64,000 nucleotides of DNA from Squalus acanthias (taxonomy: Eukaryota), in NCBI GenBank assembly GCA_030390025.1, contig CM059433.1:12588001-12652000 (forward strand), given 5' to 3'. Position 1 is the stretch's first letter; every line of letters starts with the position of its first letter. Below the pieces are notes generated by a model. That model worked only from the letters and a program-made list of their open reading frames with translations. It did not search any database and had not been told where the DNA came from. The translations under genes were made by a program, and so were the position numbers. Positions 37,587 through 47,304 of this stretch are shown here, piece by piece.

Positions 37587-38689
37587 ATTCACGACCCCCG
37601 CCTTCTGATTGTCATCTCGACCACCCTCCTCGACACTCCACTCTGCTGTCCCCCTCCCTGATTATCCCTCGTCCAGTTGCCCCCCCCGCTCCTGATCGGC
37701 CCCCTCCCGATCATTGCCTTTCCAGGTCGCCCCCCCCTCCCAATTGCCCCCCCCACCCCCTTTAAACACTTACCTGAGGCTGCGACCAGCGACCCGAGAT
37801 TCCAAGGCTCTTCGCCAGCGAGTTGCCCGTGCTGGATGTGCATCAACCCCACCTTAGAATTTCTAAACCGCAGTCCTTTTGTCTTCTTTTTGCCCTGTTT
37901 TCTTCCCCATTTTCACCTCTTCTTAACGGCATTGACTAATGTTGGGTTATGCTTCCATGGGGGATGGGTGTTCTCTGATACCACACCCAAGTGATCATTG
38001 TTTGTGTACAAGCCTAGGCAGTGAGTGTAGGCACTCTGACTGAACTTGGGGTGGGGCGAGAATCACCGTCACCCTGACCCTATCCTTAGCCAAAGTCCAC
38101 ATATTTGATCACTTATTATGGATAGCAATCTTGAGCATGAACCCCAGCCAGTTGTGTTTTTTGCTAGCTCAAGAGCATTGCGATTAATGTCTCTGCCACC
38201 CCTGATTCTGGAAAACAAGAAATATTTTGACTACTGACAACTGTAGTGAGTGTGAGAACAGTTAAATTGCACCCTCCAGTGCCTATACATGAAATGCAGC
38301 GGTCACTACTGCAAGCAATCTACAGGAAAATATCTCGTACAGTACCCCATCTGGTGTGGTACAGAGTCCCATAGACTGATGAGGTTTGAGCCATGGTTTG
38401 TGCTGAGTGTTTTAGGGGTTCACGTCATTCGGAGATCACGCCAGGTAAGTAGGTCAGTTTCTCCATGTCTCCCCATTTCTGAGAATAGGTGACAGCTGCA
38501 AAAGTGGTATGAGAGCTACCATTTCACAGCTGGTCACTTTCCAATGTCAGAAGCTTGAGCCTTCAGGACTTGGAAGACACTTTTGAACTGTATGCAGTTT
38601 GGAAGTGTTTGGAGTAAACTCTCTATCCACTGTCATCTCCTTGGAGCAAGCTGTCTCACCATTGACAGATCGCTTCTGTCATCTCAACT

Positions 38690-39914
38690 TCAGCTGCCAT
38701 CTATTCCAGCAACATCGGTGCCCTTGAAAACATCTCACCTTGGTCCTCTGAATCCCTCTACCATCAGCCCCAAACCAACATCACCAGGCACACCAACAAC
38801 AATACCAACCTTCTCCACAATCACCTGATGCTGCACAGGACACAGGGCATCAGCACCCGACCACATTGCTGCCCGGGAGGCCAGCGATGGCATCACCATG
38901 GCCAGATTTACTTCACTTGATGCTGTACACCGTGGGTGCCACATGATGCACCAGGTTAATACCACCCCACACCATAAAGCATTCCTACAATGTCCAAACC
39001 ATTCATTTCACACTCATCACCATTGCGGGGTGTCTCACCATTCACTGCAACTCACTAAGACACTTCCAAAGGTGAGCACAGATCTGTACAATAAGGCAAA
39101 GTGTTGAAAATAAAGATTTCAATGTTTGACAACACATTAACAGAAAATTTACATGAACAGTGCATAAAACACCCTTGTTTGTTGTTAGTTGGTATGATTG
39201 CATTAGGATGAGGGTGAGTGTGAGTGGTGGCTAGTGAGATGGGGAAGTGATAATGTAGTTAGAGAGAGAAGGGTGGAGGTGCAAGGTAAGTTGGTGTGAG
39301 TAAGGATGTGCAGGAGTAGGATAGGGAAGGCAGAGTTATGGAGATGTGATGAGTGGCACAGCAGGATGAGGTTGAATGGGGCTTTGCAGTAACGTTTTGT
39401 GATTTACTGAGATCATTGAAAGGTTTGCGTCACTGCAGCCTTGTCCTCCTGACGACATCCCTGCTTGTGCCCTCCTGTGCAATGCGTAACCAGGTTGCGT
39501 TGATCTCCTGGGGAGGTCTCTTCCGCCCATTGGAAGGGAAGAGAACCTCCCTGCGTTCTGTGACTCCATCCATAAGCATATGGAGGGAGTCATGCGAGAG
39601 CCTGGGTGCTGCCGTGCACCTTTGCGCAGTGCTTGTCAGTGTTTGCAGCACCTCAGTGCAGCAGAACACTGACAGCAGAACTGTCTAAATGATTGTAAAC
39701 ATGGTCCCTTCAAGGAAACCGGCTGATGACGCGTCATCAAACGACGTCATCAGACTGGCTTCCATTTAATTGGCCGGGAACCCCGCAGGGCGGGCTTAAC
39801 GAGCCTTATTAATGGAAAATCCTTTTCATAGAGCGGTTGCAGCCGGGAACGGGACCGGAACCCGTGAACCTCCTCTCCCGCTGCGATCCCGCCTCCGCTG
39901 GCGAAATCGCGGCC
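38690..39914. mobile_element. Internally deleted Harbinger element: transposase end remnants (+) convergent with Myb/SANT-like ORF (-)
   Basis: ORF 39430-39669 (-) AAPRLSHDSLHMLMDGVTERREVLFP...TWLRIAQE...RRTRLQ. The plus strand near 38863-38915 reads HIAAREASDGITMARFT. A GC-rich terminus ends GAAATCGCGGCC. Confidence 0.65.
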
Positions 39915-40163
39915 TAACTGTCTAGTTCACACACAGAGAATGGCTACGTCGATAAGGTAGCAGAGGATTACTGACTCAGATGTAACCATTTCCTGCTTAA
40001 TTCAGCACCTTTGAGAGAAAATTTGGAGGAAAAACTGAAAATCCTATTGGCAGATATTAGCAGTCTCTAGATAGGAGGTAATAATAATCTGAATAACAGC
40101 AAAAGATATAAAATCCCCTGTTTATATATTAGGAGGAAAGAGTAGACTTTTTGGGAATAGAAT

Positions 40164-40806
40164 TATTGCAAAGGGAATGGAATATAAAAGTAGGGAAGTC
40201 CTGTTACAACTGTACAGGGCGTTGGTGAGACCACACCTGGAGTACTGCGTACAGTTTTGGTCTCCTTATTCAAGGAAGGATATATTTGCATTGGAGGCAC
40301 TTCAGAGAAGGTTCACGAGGTTGATTCCGGAGATGGAAGGGTTGTCTTATGAGGAAAGGTTGAGCAGGTTGGGCCTATACTCATTGGAGTTTAGAAGAAT
40401 GAGAGGTGATCTTATTGAAACATATAAGATTCTGAGGGGGCTTGACAGGGTAGATGCAGAGAGGATGTTTCCCCTCGTGGGGGAAACTAGAACTAGGGGG
40501 CATAATTTCAGAATAAGGGGAAACCCTTTTAAATCGGAAATGAGGAGGAATTTCTTCCCTCAGAGGGTCATGATTCTTTGGAATTCTCTTCCCCAGAGAG
40601 CTGTGGAGGCTGGGTCATTGAATATATTCAAGGTGGAGATAGACAGATTTTTGAACGATAAGGGAGTCAAGGGTTATGGGGAGCGGACAGGGAAGTGGAG
40701 TTGAGGCCAAGATCAGATCACCCATGATCTTATTGAATGGCGGAGCAGGCTCGAGGGGCCAAATGACCTACTCCTGCTCCTACGTCTTATTTTCTTATGT
40801 TCTTAT
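40164..40806 (+). mobile_element. CR1 LINE 3' fragment
   Basis: ORF 40177-40704 is the CR1 ORF2 C-terminus, followed by the tail. Confidence 0.95.
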
Positions 40807-40942
40807 TACTCAGTATTTTTAGTCGTGTTAAGTTGGTAATAAACATCCACAAGTGCAAGTCATAGTGTACACTTCTAGGCTTTTTAGGGATGTGAAAATA
40901 AAGCAAGACAAAAATAGTACTGCTTTCATCCAAAAAAACTTG

Positions 40943-41260
40943 TCATAGAGTCATAACAGCACAGAAGGAGGCCATTCGGCCCATCGAATCCGTGCCGGCT
41001 CTCTGTCGAGCAATCCAGTCAGTCCCATTCTCCTGCTCTATCCCCGTAGCCCTGCAAGTTTATTTCTCTCAAGTGCCTATCCATTCTCCCCTTGAAAACA
41101 TTGAGTGTCTCCACTTCCACCACTTCCGTCGGCAGCGAATTCCAGGTCCTCACCACTTGCTGCGTAAAAAAGTTTTTCCTCACATTCCCCCCTGTATCTC
41201 TTGTCCAAAACCTTAAATCTGTGTCCCCTAGTCCTTGTACCATCAACTAGTGGGAACATT
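40943..41260 (-). mobile_element. CR1 LINE 3' fragment
   Basis: ORFs 41019-41246 and 41077-41259 (RKNFFTQ..WNSLP..GEWD), with a (GACTCTAT)n-type tail. Confidence 0.9.
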
Positions 41261-41678
41261 ATTTATTTCATTATCTTATTATTCCTGTGTGCATTATTTT
41301 TTTTAAAAACAACAAATTTATAGCTTGCAGTTCAAACAGGAATTATGAGCAATAATTATGGTACCTAATTAAACCCAAAGTCTGGGTACTATGTAAAAAG
41401 AAAGCACTTTGTCGGATTCAATAAGACACAGGAGTTATATTATACAGCTGTTGTTATACGTGGCATTAAATATCTCGGAATCATCAAATGTAATATATTG
41501 TCTCTGGATTTATGGTTCTGCTTTGTGTTTTTAAATAAAGAAACGAATTTTTAACAATATTCACTGCTGAATTGAAAAACTTTGAAATTTGGTTTAACCA
41601 TCACCATTATCACCTGAGGGGATTAAATATGCACCTATGTTTTTGATAATTTTTCAGTTGTGGCACTTTTGAAACTTT

Positions 41679-42572
41679 GGGGTAGAAATTAGGTCGCGCC
41701 CCATTTGGGGCGCAAATATCGTCTGGACGCAAATATTAGCGCCTGGCGCTAATTATCGGCACTGACAGGAAACTTCACTTTTACCGCCCCGGGAGGTGAG
41801 TGGAGCGCTAAAGCAGGCGCTGCACACCTGTCTTAAGGCGCAAAGGCCAAGGAGTGAGGCGCTAACTCAGAGCGCTGGCGAAGCTCATGTAATGTCAGTC
41901 AGCAATGAAACACACACACAATGGCACGGGCCAGTTCTTAAAGGGGATGGTTAATCTTGCTTTCCATCCACATCCTGTTCATTGCAGCCTTGAATCTCGG
42001 CCTGGAGAGACTTGCACATCAAATGTGCTGGAAAGAACAATGGAGAGTACCAGGCAAAGAGCTCAGAGTGCAGCTCCCACAGTCTCTGCTAAATCGATAC
42101 AAGGAATGGCAAATCAAAATGAACCTGCAAAGTGCTGCTCAGTACCCAAAACTCCTTCACACAACGTTGAATCTCTCCAGAAGTCTCTCCCTCTCTCTCT
42201 CAGAATGCGTAGTTCAAAAATGCCACCAACAATAAAAGCCAGGAAGAGGCCCCCTTTAAATAGCGCCCCACCCCAGCCCCACAGCGATTGATAGCGTTCC
42301 AGTCTTCTGGTCGTTGGATGCGCCAGGCGGTAAGGCAGGGGGCGCCACTCAATTTCCGCTCCGGGGCACCACAAGGGCATTGCACCATGGAATGACGTCA
42401 CAATCTGCGCGCGCAGGTGGTCGCAGCGGTAAGTTTTAGCGCCGCCGCACAATCTCAAGTTAAGTTCTCGAGCGGCGCAAACATCGCTGCGCACGGGCGT
42501 TAGCGGCTTTGCGCCCCATTAGCGCCCTCTTAAGGCGCTAACGGGAGGCGCAACCAAGTGAATTTTTACCCC
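41679..42572. mobile_element. GC-rich PIF/Harbinger-type non-autonomous element
   Basis: TIR GGGGTAGAAATT / AATTTTTACCCC, 3-bp TSD TTT, dense GGCGCTA/TAGCGCC subterminal motifs. Confidence 0.8.
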
Positions 42573-42794
42573 TTTATCTTTTAGTTTTAAGTATGAAACA
42601 GTTAAACACATTTATGTACATAAACAACTCTTAGCATTTTATTAATTGGGAATTAAAGGACAGTAACTTCATTGAATAACCAGGGTCTCTCCTGTGCAGT
42701 GATCACAGAGGGGGTCATTTTGACTTTGAACACTAGCGTAAAATGGGCGACAGCGAATCAGCAGCTTGTTTTACATCTCTCCCGATTATTATTT

Positions 42795-42980
42795 GTGATG
42801 CGGAGATGCCGGTGTTGGACTGGCGTGGACAAAAGTGAGAAGTCGCACAACACCAGGTTATAGTCCAACAGTTTTATTTGAAATCACGAGCTTTCGGAGC
42901 GGCTGCTCCTTCGTCAGGTGAAGCTCCGAAAGCTTGTGATTTCAAATAAAACTGTTGGACTATAACCTGGTGTTGTGCGA
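42795..42980 (-). mobile_element. Second Penelope-like family terminal fragment in fold-back form
   Basis: 58-bp inverted arms 42843-42900 / 42923-42980 with one mismatch. The direct repeat CGATTATTATTT lies at 42783-42794 and 42978-42989. It contains a hammerhead core. Confidence 0.75.
42885..42920 (-). ncRNA. Minimal type I hammerhead ribozyme motif
   Basis: Minus strand reads CAC-CUGACGA-A-GGAGC-AGCC-GCUCC-GAAAG-CUC-GUG. Stem I is CAC/GUG, stem II is 5 bp, stem III is the palindrome AGCU, and the cleavage triplet is CUC. Confidence 0.75.
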
Positions 42981-43319
42981 TTATTATTTCCATTGACTTC
43001 AGTCGAAATAAAAATTGGGAGAGATGCAAAACGGGCTGCCTATTTGCTATCATCCGTTTCACACTATCGCCAAAGTCAGAATTACCCCCCCCGCCCCGAG
43101 AATCTGGAGCATAGACGTGAGGTTAAATTTTCATCTGCCGGAGCGGGCTGCCTGCCCAGTGTCGAAAATCAGACCCTGTTCCACAAGGGCATTCCGCTCC
43201 ACCAGGTTACCACCCGAATCTGGTGACGAAAACTTACCCTGTGATGTTCAGTCGCTCAGACAACTCAGTGTTTCAACCTAGCCTGTATCTTAACGGTCAC
43301 TGCTTGAGTGCTGTCTGTG

Positions 43320-43575
43320 GAGAGGTGACCTAAATAGGCAAATCCAGGTAATTGTCGTTGTTTGTGAGGTCAAAGGCACTGGCGGCAGTTTGTAAATTTC
43401 TAGCTCCAGGTCAGGGGAAGCCAAGGTGAAATGATTGGCTTTTTTTTCCCCCTCTTTTTTTGTTTAGTTATTATTTTGCGTTTGTAACAAACTTTGAAGT
43501 GTGATCTCTGGAGCTTGGCGTCTGGGGAAAAAAATATATAAATATATGAAAGCTATATAAAAGGAAGTATCTGGA
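43320..43575 (+). promoter_or_regulatory. Possible cis-regulatory module (CArG box, DR1-like site, CCAAT, TATA-like)
   Basis: CCTAAATAGG 43329-43338, AGGTCA-A-AGGCAC 43367-43379, ATTGG ~43434 and TATATAAAAG ~43554, in non-repeat sequence. Motif matches only. Confidence 0.25.
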
Positions 43576-43770
43576 GTGCTCTGTTTAGTCTGACATATTA
43601 TTTAAATACATTCAGTTATTTTTAGCTGCAATTCTTGATTAGCGTTACAGACAATGATGAATTATGGCAAAATCTTATTCTGCAAACTCCTTTTTCTTAA
43701 CCTTTGTGGTCCTAAAACTTTTCTTGTTAGGTGATTTGATTGTTGATAATAACTAACAAGGTAGTTAATT

Positions 43771-46130
43771 GCGGGTATGGTAGCCCAATGGTTATGTTAC
43801 TGGCCTAGTAATACAGAGGCCTTGACTAATAATCCAGAGTATATGAGTTCAAATTCCACCATGGCAGTATTTAAATTCAGTTAATTAAATTTTAAAAATC
43901 TGGAATAAAAAGCTAATATCAGTAATGAAACTATCGGATTGTCGTAAAAACCCGACTGGTTCACTAATATCCTTTAGGGAAGGAAACCTTCCATCGTTAC
44001 CCGGTCTGGCCTATATGTGACTCCAGACCACACCAATGTGGTTGACTCTTAACTGCCCTCTGAAATGGCCCAGCGAGACACTCAGTTGCATCAAACCACT
44101 ACAAAAAAGTACAGTAACAATAAAACCAGACGGGCTACGCGGCATCGACTTAGGCACCTAATTCGGACAGGACAAAGGCACACCCAGCCCAGTCTACCCT
44201 GCAGAATTCAAAATCCTCCTCACTAACATCTGGGGACTTGTGCCAACATTGGGAGAGCTGTCCCACAGACTAGTCAAGCAACAGCCTCACAGAATCATAC
44301 CTATTAGCCAACGTTCCAGACTCCACCATCACCACCCACTGGCAGGACAGACCCACCAGAGGTAGCGGCACAGTGGTATACAGTCGGGAGGGAGTGGCCC
44401 TGGGAGTCCTCAACAGTGACTCCGGAACCCATGAGGTCTCATGGCATTATGGGCAAGGAAACTCCCTGCTGATTACCACCTACCGCCATCCCTTAGTTGA
44501 TGAATCTGTACTCCTCCATGTTGAACACCATTTGGAAGAAGCATTGGGGACACCCTCCAAGGGAACATAATGTACTCTTGATGGGGGACTTCAATATCCA
44601 TCACCAAGAGTGGCTCGGTAGCACCAATACTGTCGAAGCTGGCTGAGTCCTGAAGGACATAGCTGCCAGACTGAACTTGTGGCAGGTGATGAGAGAACCA
44701 ACATCTCGGCCTCCTCCTAAGGTCACGCCATCACAGATGCCAGTTTTCAGCCAATTCGATTCACTCCACAAGATATCAAGAAGTGGACAAAAGAGCTGAA
44801 TTTCAGAGGTGAGGTGAGAGTGACTACCCTTGACATCAAGGCAACATTTGACCGAGTGTGGCACAAAGGAGCCCTAGTAAAATTGAAGTCAATCGGGATC
44901 ATGGGGATACTCTCCACTGGCTGGAGTTATACCTAGCATGAACAAAGATGGTTGTGGTTGTTGGAGGCCAATCATCTCAGCCCCAGGACATAGAATTACA
45001 AAGAATAGAGTTACAAAGAACATACAGCATAGAAACAGGCGATTTGGCCCAACCAGTCCATGCTGGCGTTTATGCTCCACTCGAGCCTCCTCCCATTCTT
45101 CCTCATCCAACTTCATCAGCATAACCCTCTATTCCCTTCTCCCTCATATGCTTATCCAGCTTCCCCCTAAATGCATCTATACTATTCACCTCAACTACTT
45201 CCTATGGTAGCGAGTTCCACATTCTCACCACTCTCTGGGTAAAGATGTTTCTTCTGAATTCCCTGCAGGACATCGCTGCAAGAGTTCCTAGGCCTAACCA
45301 TCTTCAACTGCTTCATCAAAGACCTTCCCTAAATCATAAGGTCAGAAGTGGGGATGTTTGTTGATGATTGCACAGTGTTCAGTTCCATTCGCAATTCCTC
45401 GGATAATGAAACAGTCCATGCCCGCATGCAGCAAGACCTGGAAAACATTCACCAATATGCGGGGAGTCACCATTGACCAGAAACTCAACTGGACCAGCCT
45501 CATAAATGCCGTGGCGAATACAGCAGGTCAGAGGCTGGGTATTCTGCAGTGAGTGTCTCACCTCCTGACTCTCCAAAGGCTTTCCACCATCTACAAGGCA
45601 CAAGTAAGGAGTTTGATGGAATACTCTCCACTTGCCTGGATGAATGCAGCTCCAACAACACTCAAGAAGCTCGACACCATCCAGGACAAAGCAGCCCGCT
45701 TGATTGGCACCCCATCCATCACCTTAAACATTCACTCCCTCCACCACCGGCGTACCGTGACGGCAGTGTGTACCATCTACAAGATGCACTGCAGCAACTC
45801 ACCAAGGCTTCTTCGACAGCACCTCCCAAACCCGTGACTTCTACCACCGAGAAGGACAAGGGCAGCAGGCGCGTGGGAACACCACCACCTCCAAGTTCCC
45901 CTCCAAGTTACACACCATCCTGACTTGGAATTATATCGCCGTTCCTTCATCGTCGCTGGGTCAAAATCCTGGAACTCCCTCCCTAACAGCACTGTGGGAG
46001 CACCTTCACCACACGGACTGCAGCGGTTCAAGAAGGCGGCTCACCACCACCTTCTCAAGGGCAACTGGGGATGGGCAATAAATGCTGGCCTTGCCAGCGA
46101 CGCCCACATCCAATGAATGAAATTTAAAAA
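43771..46130 (+). mobile_element. Internally deleted LINE (third family) with tRNA-like 5' head, APE endonuclease, RT and 3' end
   Basis: Head GGTAGCCCAATGGTTATG...GAGTTCAAATTCC. Endonuclease readings LLTNIWGL, LITTYR and LMGDFNIHH (44215-44700). RT LDIKATFDRVWH (~44830), MFVDDC (~45355) and C-terminus 45553-46070. Confidence 0.85.
44992..45265 (-). mobile_element. CR1 3' fragment inserted in the LINE
   Basis: CR1 3' sequence flanked by the 8-bp direct repeat CAGGACAT (44984-44991, 45266-45273). Confidence 0.85.
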
Positions 46131-46233
46131 ACAAAGAAACTGCAAACAGACAGCAAAATTACATTAAAAATAGTAACATCTACAAGATGTTGACATGGAG
46201 CATTTGCTGCTGGTTATGGTAGTACTTAGCTCA

Positions 46234-46420
46234 GGAATTCCCTGCATAAAACTCGCCACCTCTCTGTCTTCCTTTAAGACGCTCCTTAAAACCGACGTGT
46301 TTGACCGAACCTGTCCTAGTATCTCCTTATGTCAAATTTTGTCTGATAACGCTGCTGTGAAGCACCTTGGGATGTTTTACTACATTAAAGGCGCTATATA
46401 TATAAATACAAATTGTTGTA
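46234..46420 (+). mobile_element. L2 3' terminal fragment
   Basis: GGAATTCCC...TTTAAGACGCTCCTTAAAAC...AAAGGCGCTATATA, homologous to the other L2 ends. Confidence 0.8.
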
Positions 46421-46517
46421 CTTAATCCTTCGATTTAGAACATTACATTCAAAAATGCGAGTTATCTTTGGATCAAACAAGATGGGGCAAATTTTTAAAA
46501 AAAGGTGTAAATGTTAT

Positions 46518-46683
46518 GGGGTAAAAGTCGACTTTGGCAGAGTATCTAAACGGGCGATAGCGAATCGGCTGCCCGTTATACACCCCGCCCAATTTCCCTT
46601 TCCATTGAAGGCACGGTGTGTCATGGGACAATCAATCCGCTACAATCGATTTTGCTCCCCTGTTGAAGTTGAACATCAGCCCC
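46518..46683. mobile_element. Small MITE, same family as 42710-43090
   Basis: Shares GACTTTG...GGGCGATAGCGAATCGGCTGCCCGTT. Ends are GGGGTAAAAGT / ATCAGCCCC. Confidence 0.6.
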
Positions 46684-47304
46684 TGTAAAATGTTTTAAAA
46701 GTGTCCTTCCTCTAGGTGACTTAACTTTTGCCTGATCAACAACTGTCATTTAAACTTTAATCTCAGCAAGTTCATCCGAAAAAGGAAACAGATCGACCTT
46801 TTGTATAGATGAATGGCTAATCAGTGGGGGGTGGAGAAGTGTTGCAGTAGGGCACAAGAGAGCAACAAATGGCAGCCGGTAGACAAGAAAACAGCAAACA
46901 ATTGGAGATAAAGAAAGAATGATGTTGTGTGGAAACTGGAGAGTTGCATTGTTTTGCAACTCAACAGAGCTGAAAAGAAGCATGCCCACGTTTTGGAATT
47001 TGACAGCCATCCCTAAAAAGACTTTGGCGTTTCAGTGACCCATTGAAACGATGCAGCACCAGTAAAACAATTGAACCTTTCCTACAACCAGACATGATTG
47101 TTCTACCTGGCTTTAAAATAAGCATCTCTTCAAAATTTGGCATGAGATAGAAATTACGACATAAAAACAGGCTGTTCGGTTTCAACCAATCCATGTTGGT
47201 ATTTATCCTCATGTGAGCAGGATCCCATGTGGCCATTCTGTTTCCATAGCCCTTTATTCCCCTTTCCTTCAACCACCTATCTAACCTATTCTTAAATGTT
47301 GACA

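Larger units (their letters stand above)
36440..37870. mobile_element. Harbinger-type non-autonomous element remnant, split by a CR1 and a hAT MITE
   Basis: Shares GCTTATGCAAAT and GTCCTTAAAGGGACC...GCCACCAAAAAG blocks with 9158-9858. Ends near GAATTTCTA. Confidence 0.45.
42710..43090. mobile_element. Small palindromic MITE (Harbinger-type ends) hosting a Penelope-type insertion
   Basis: GGGGGTCATTTTGACTTTG / CAAAGTCAGAATTACCCCC. Internally self-complementary and related to 46518-46683 and 53575-53760. Confidence 0.75.
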
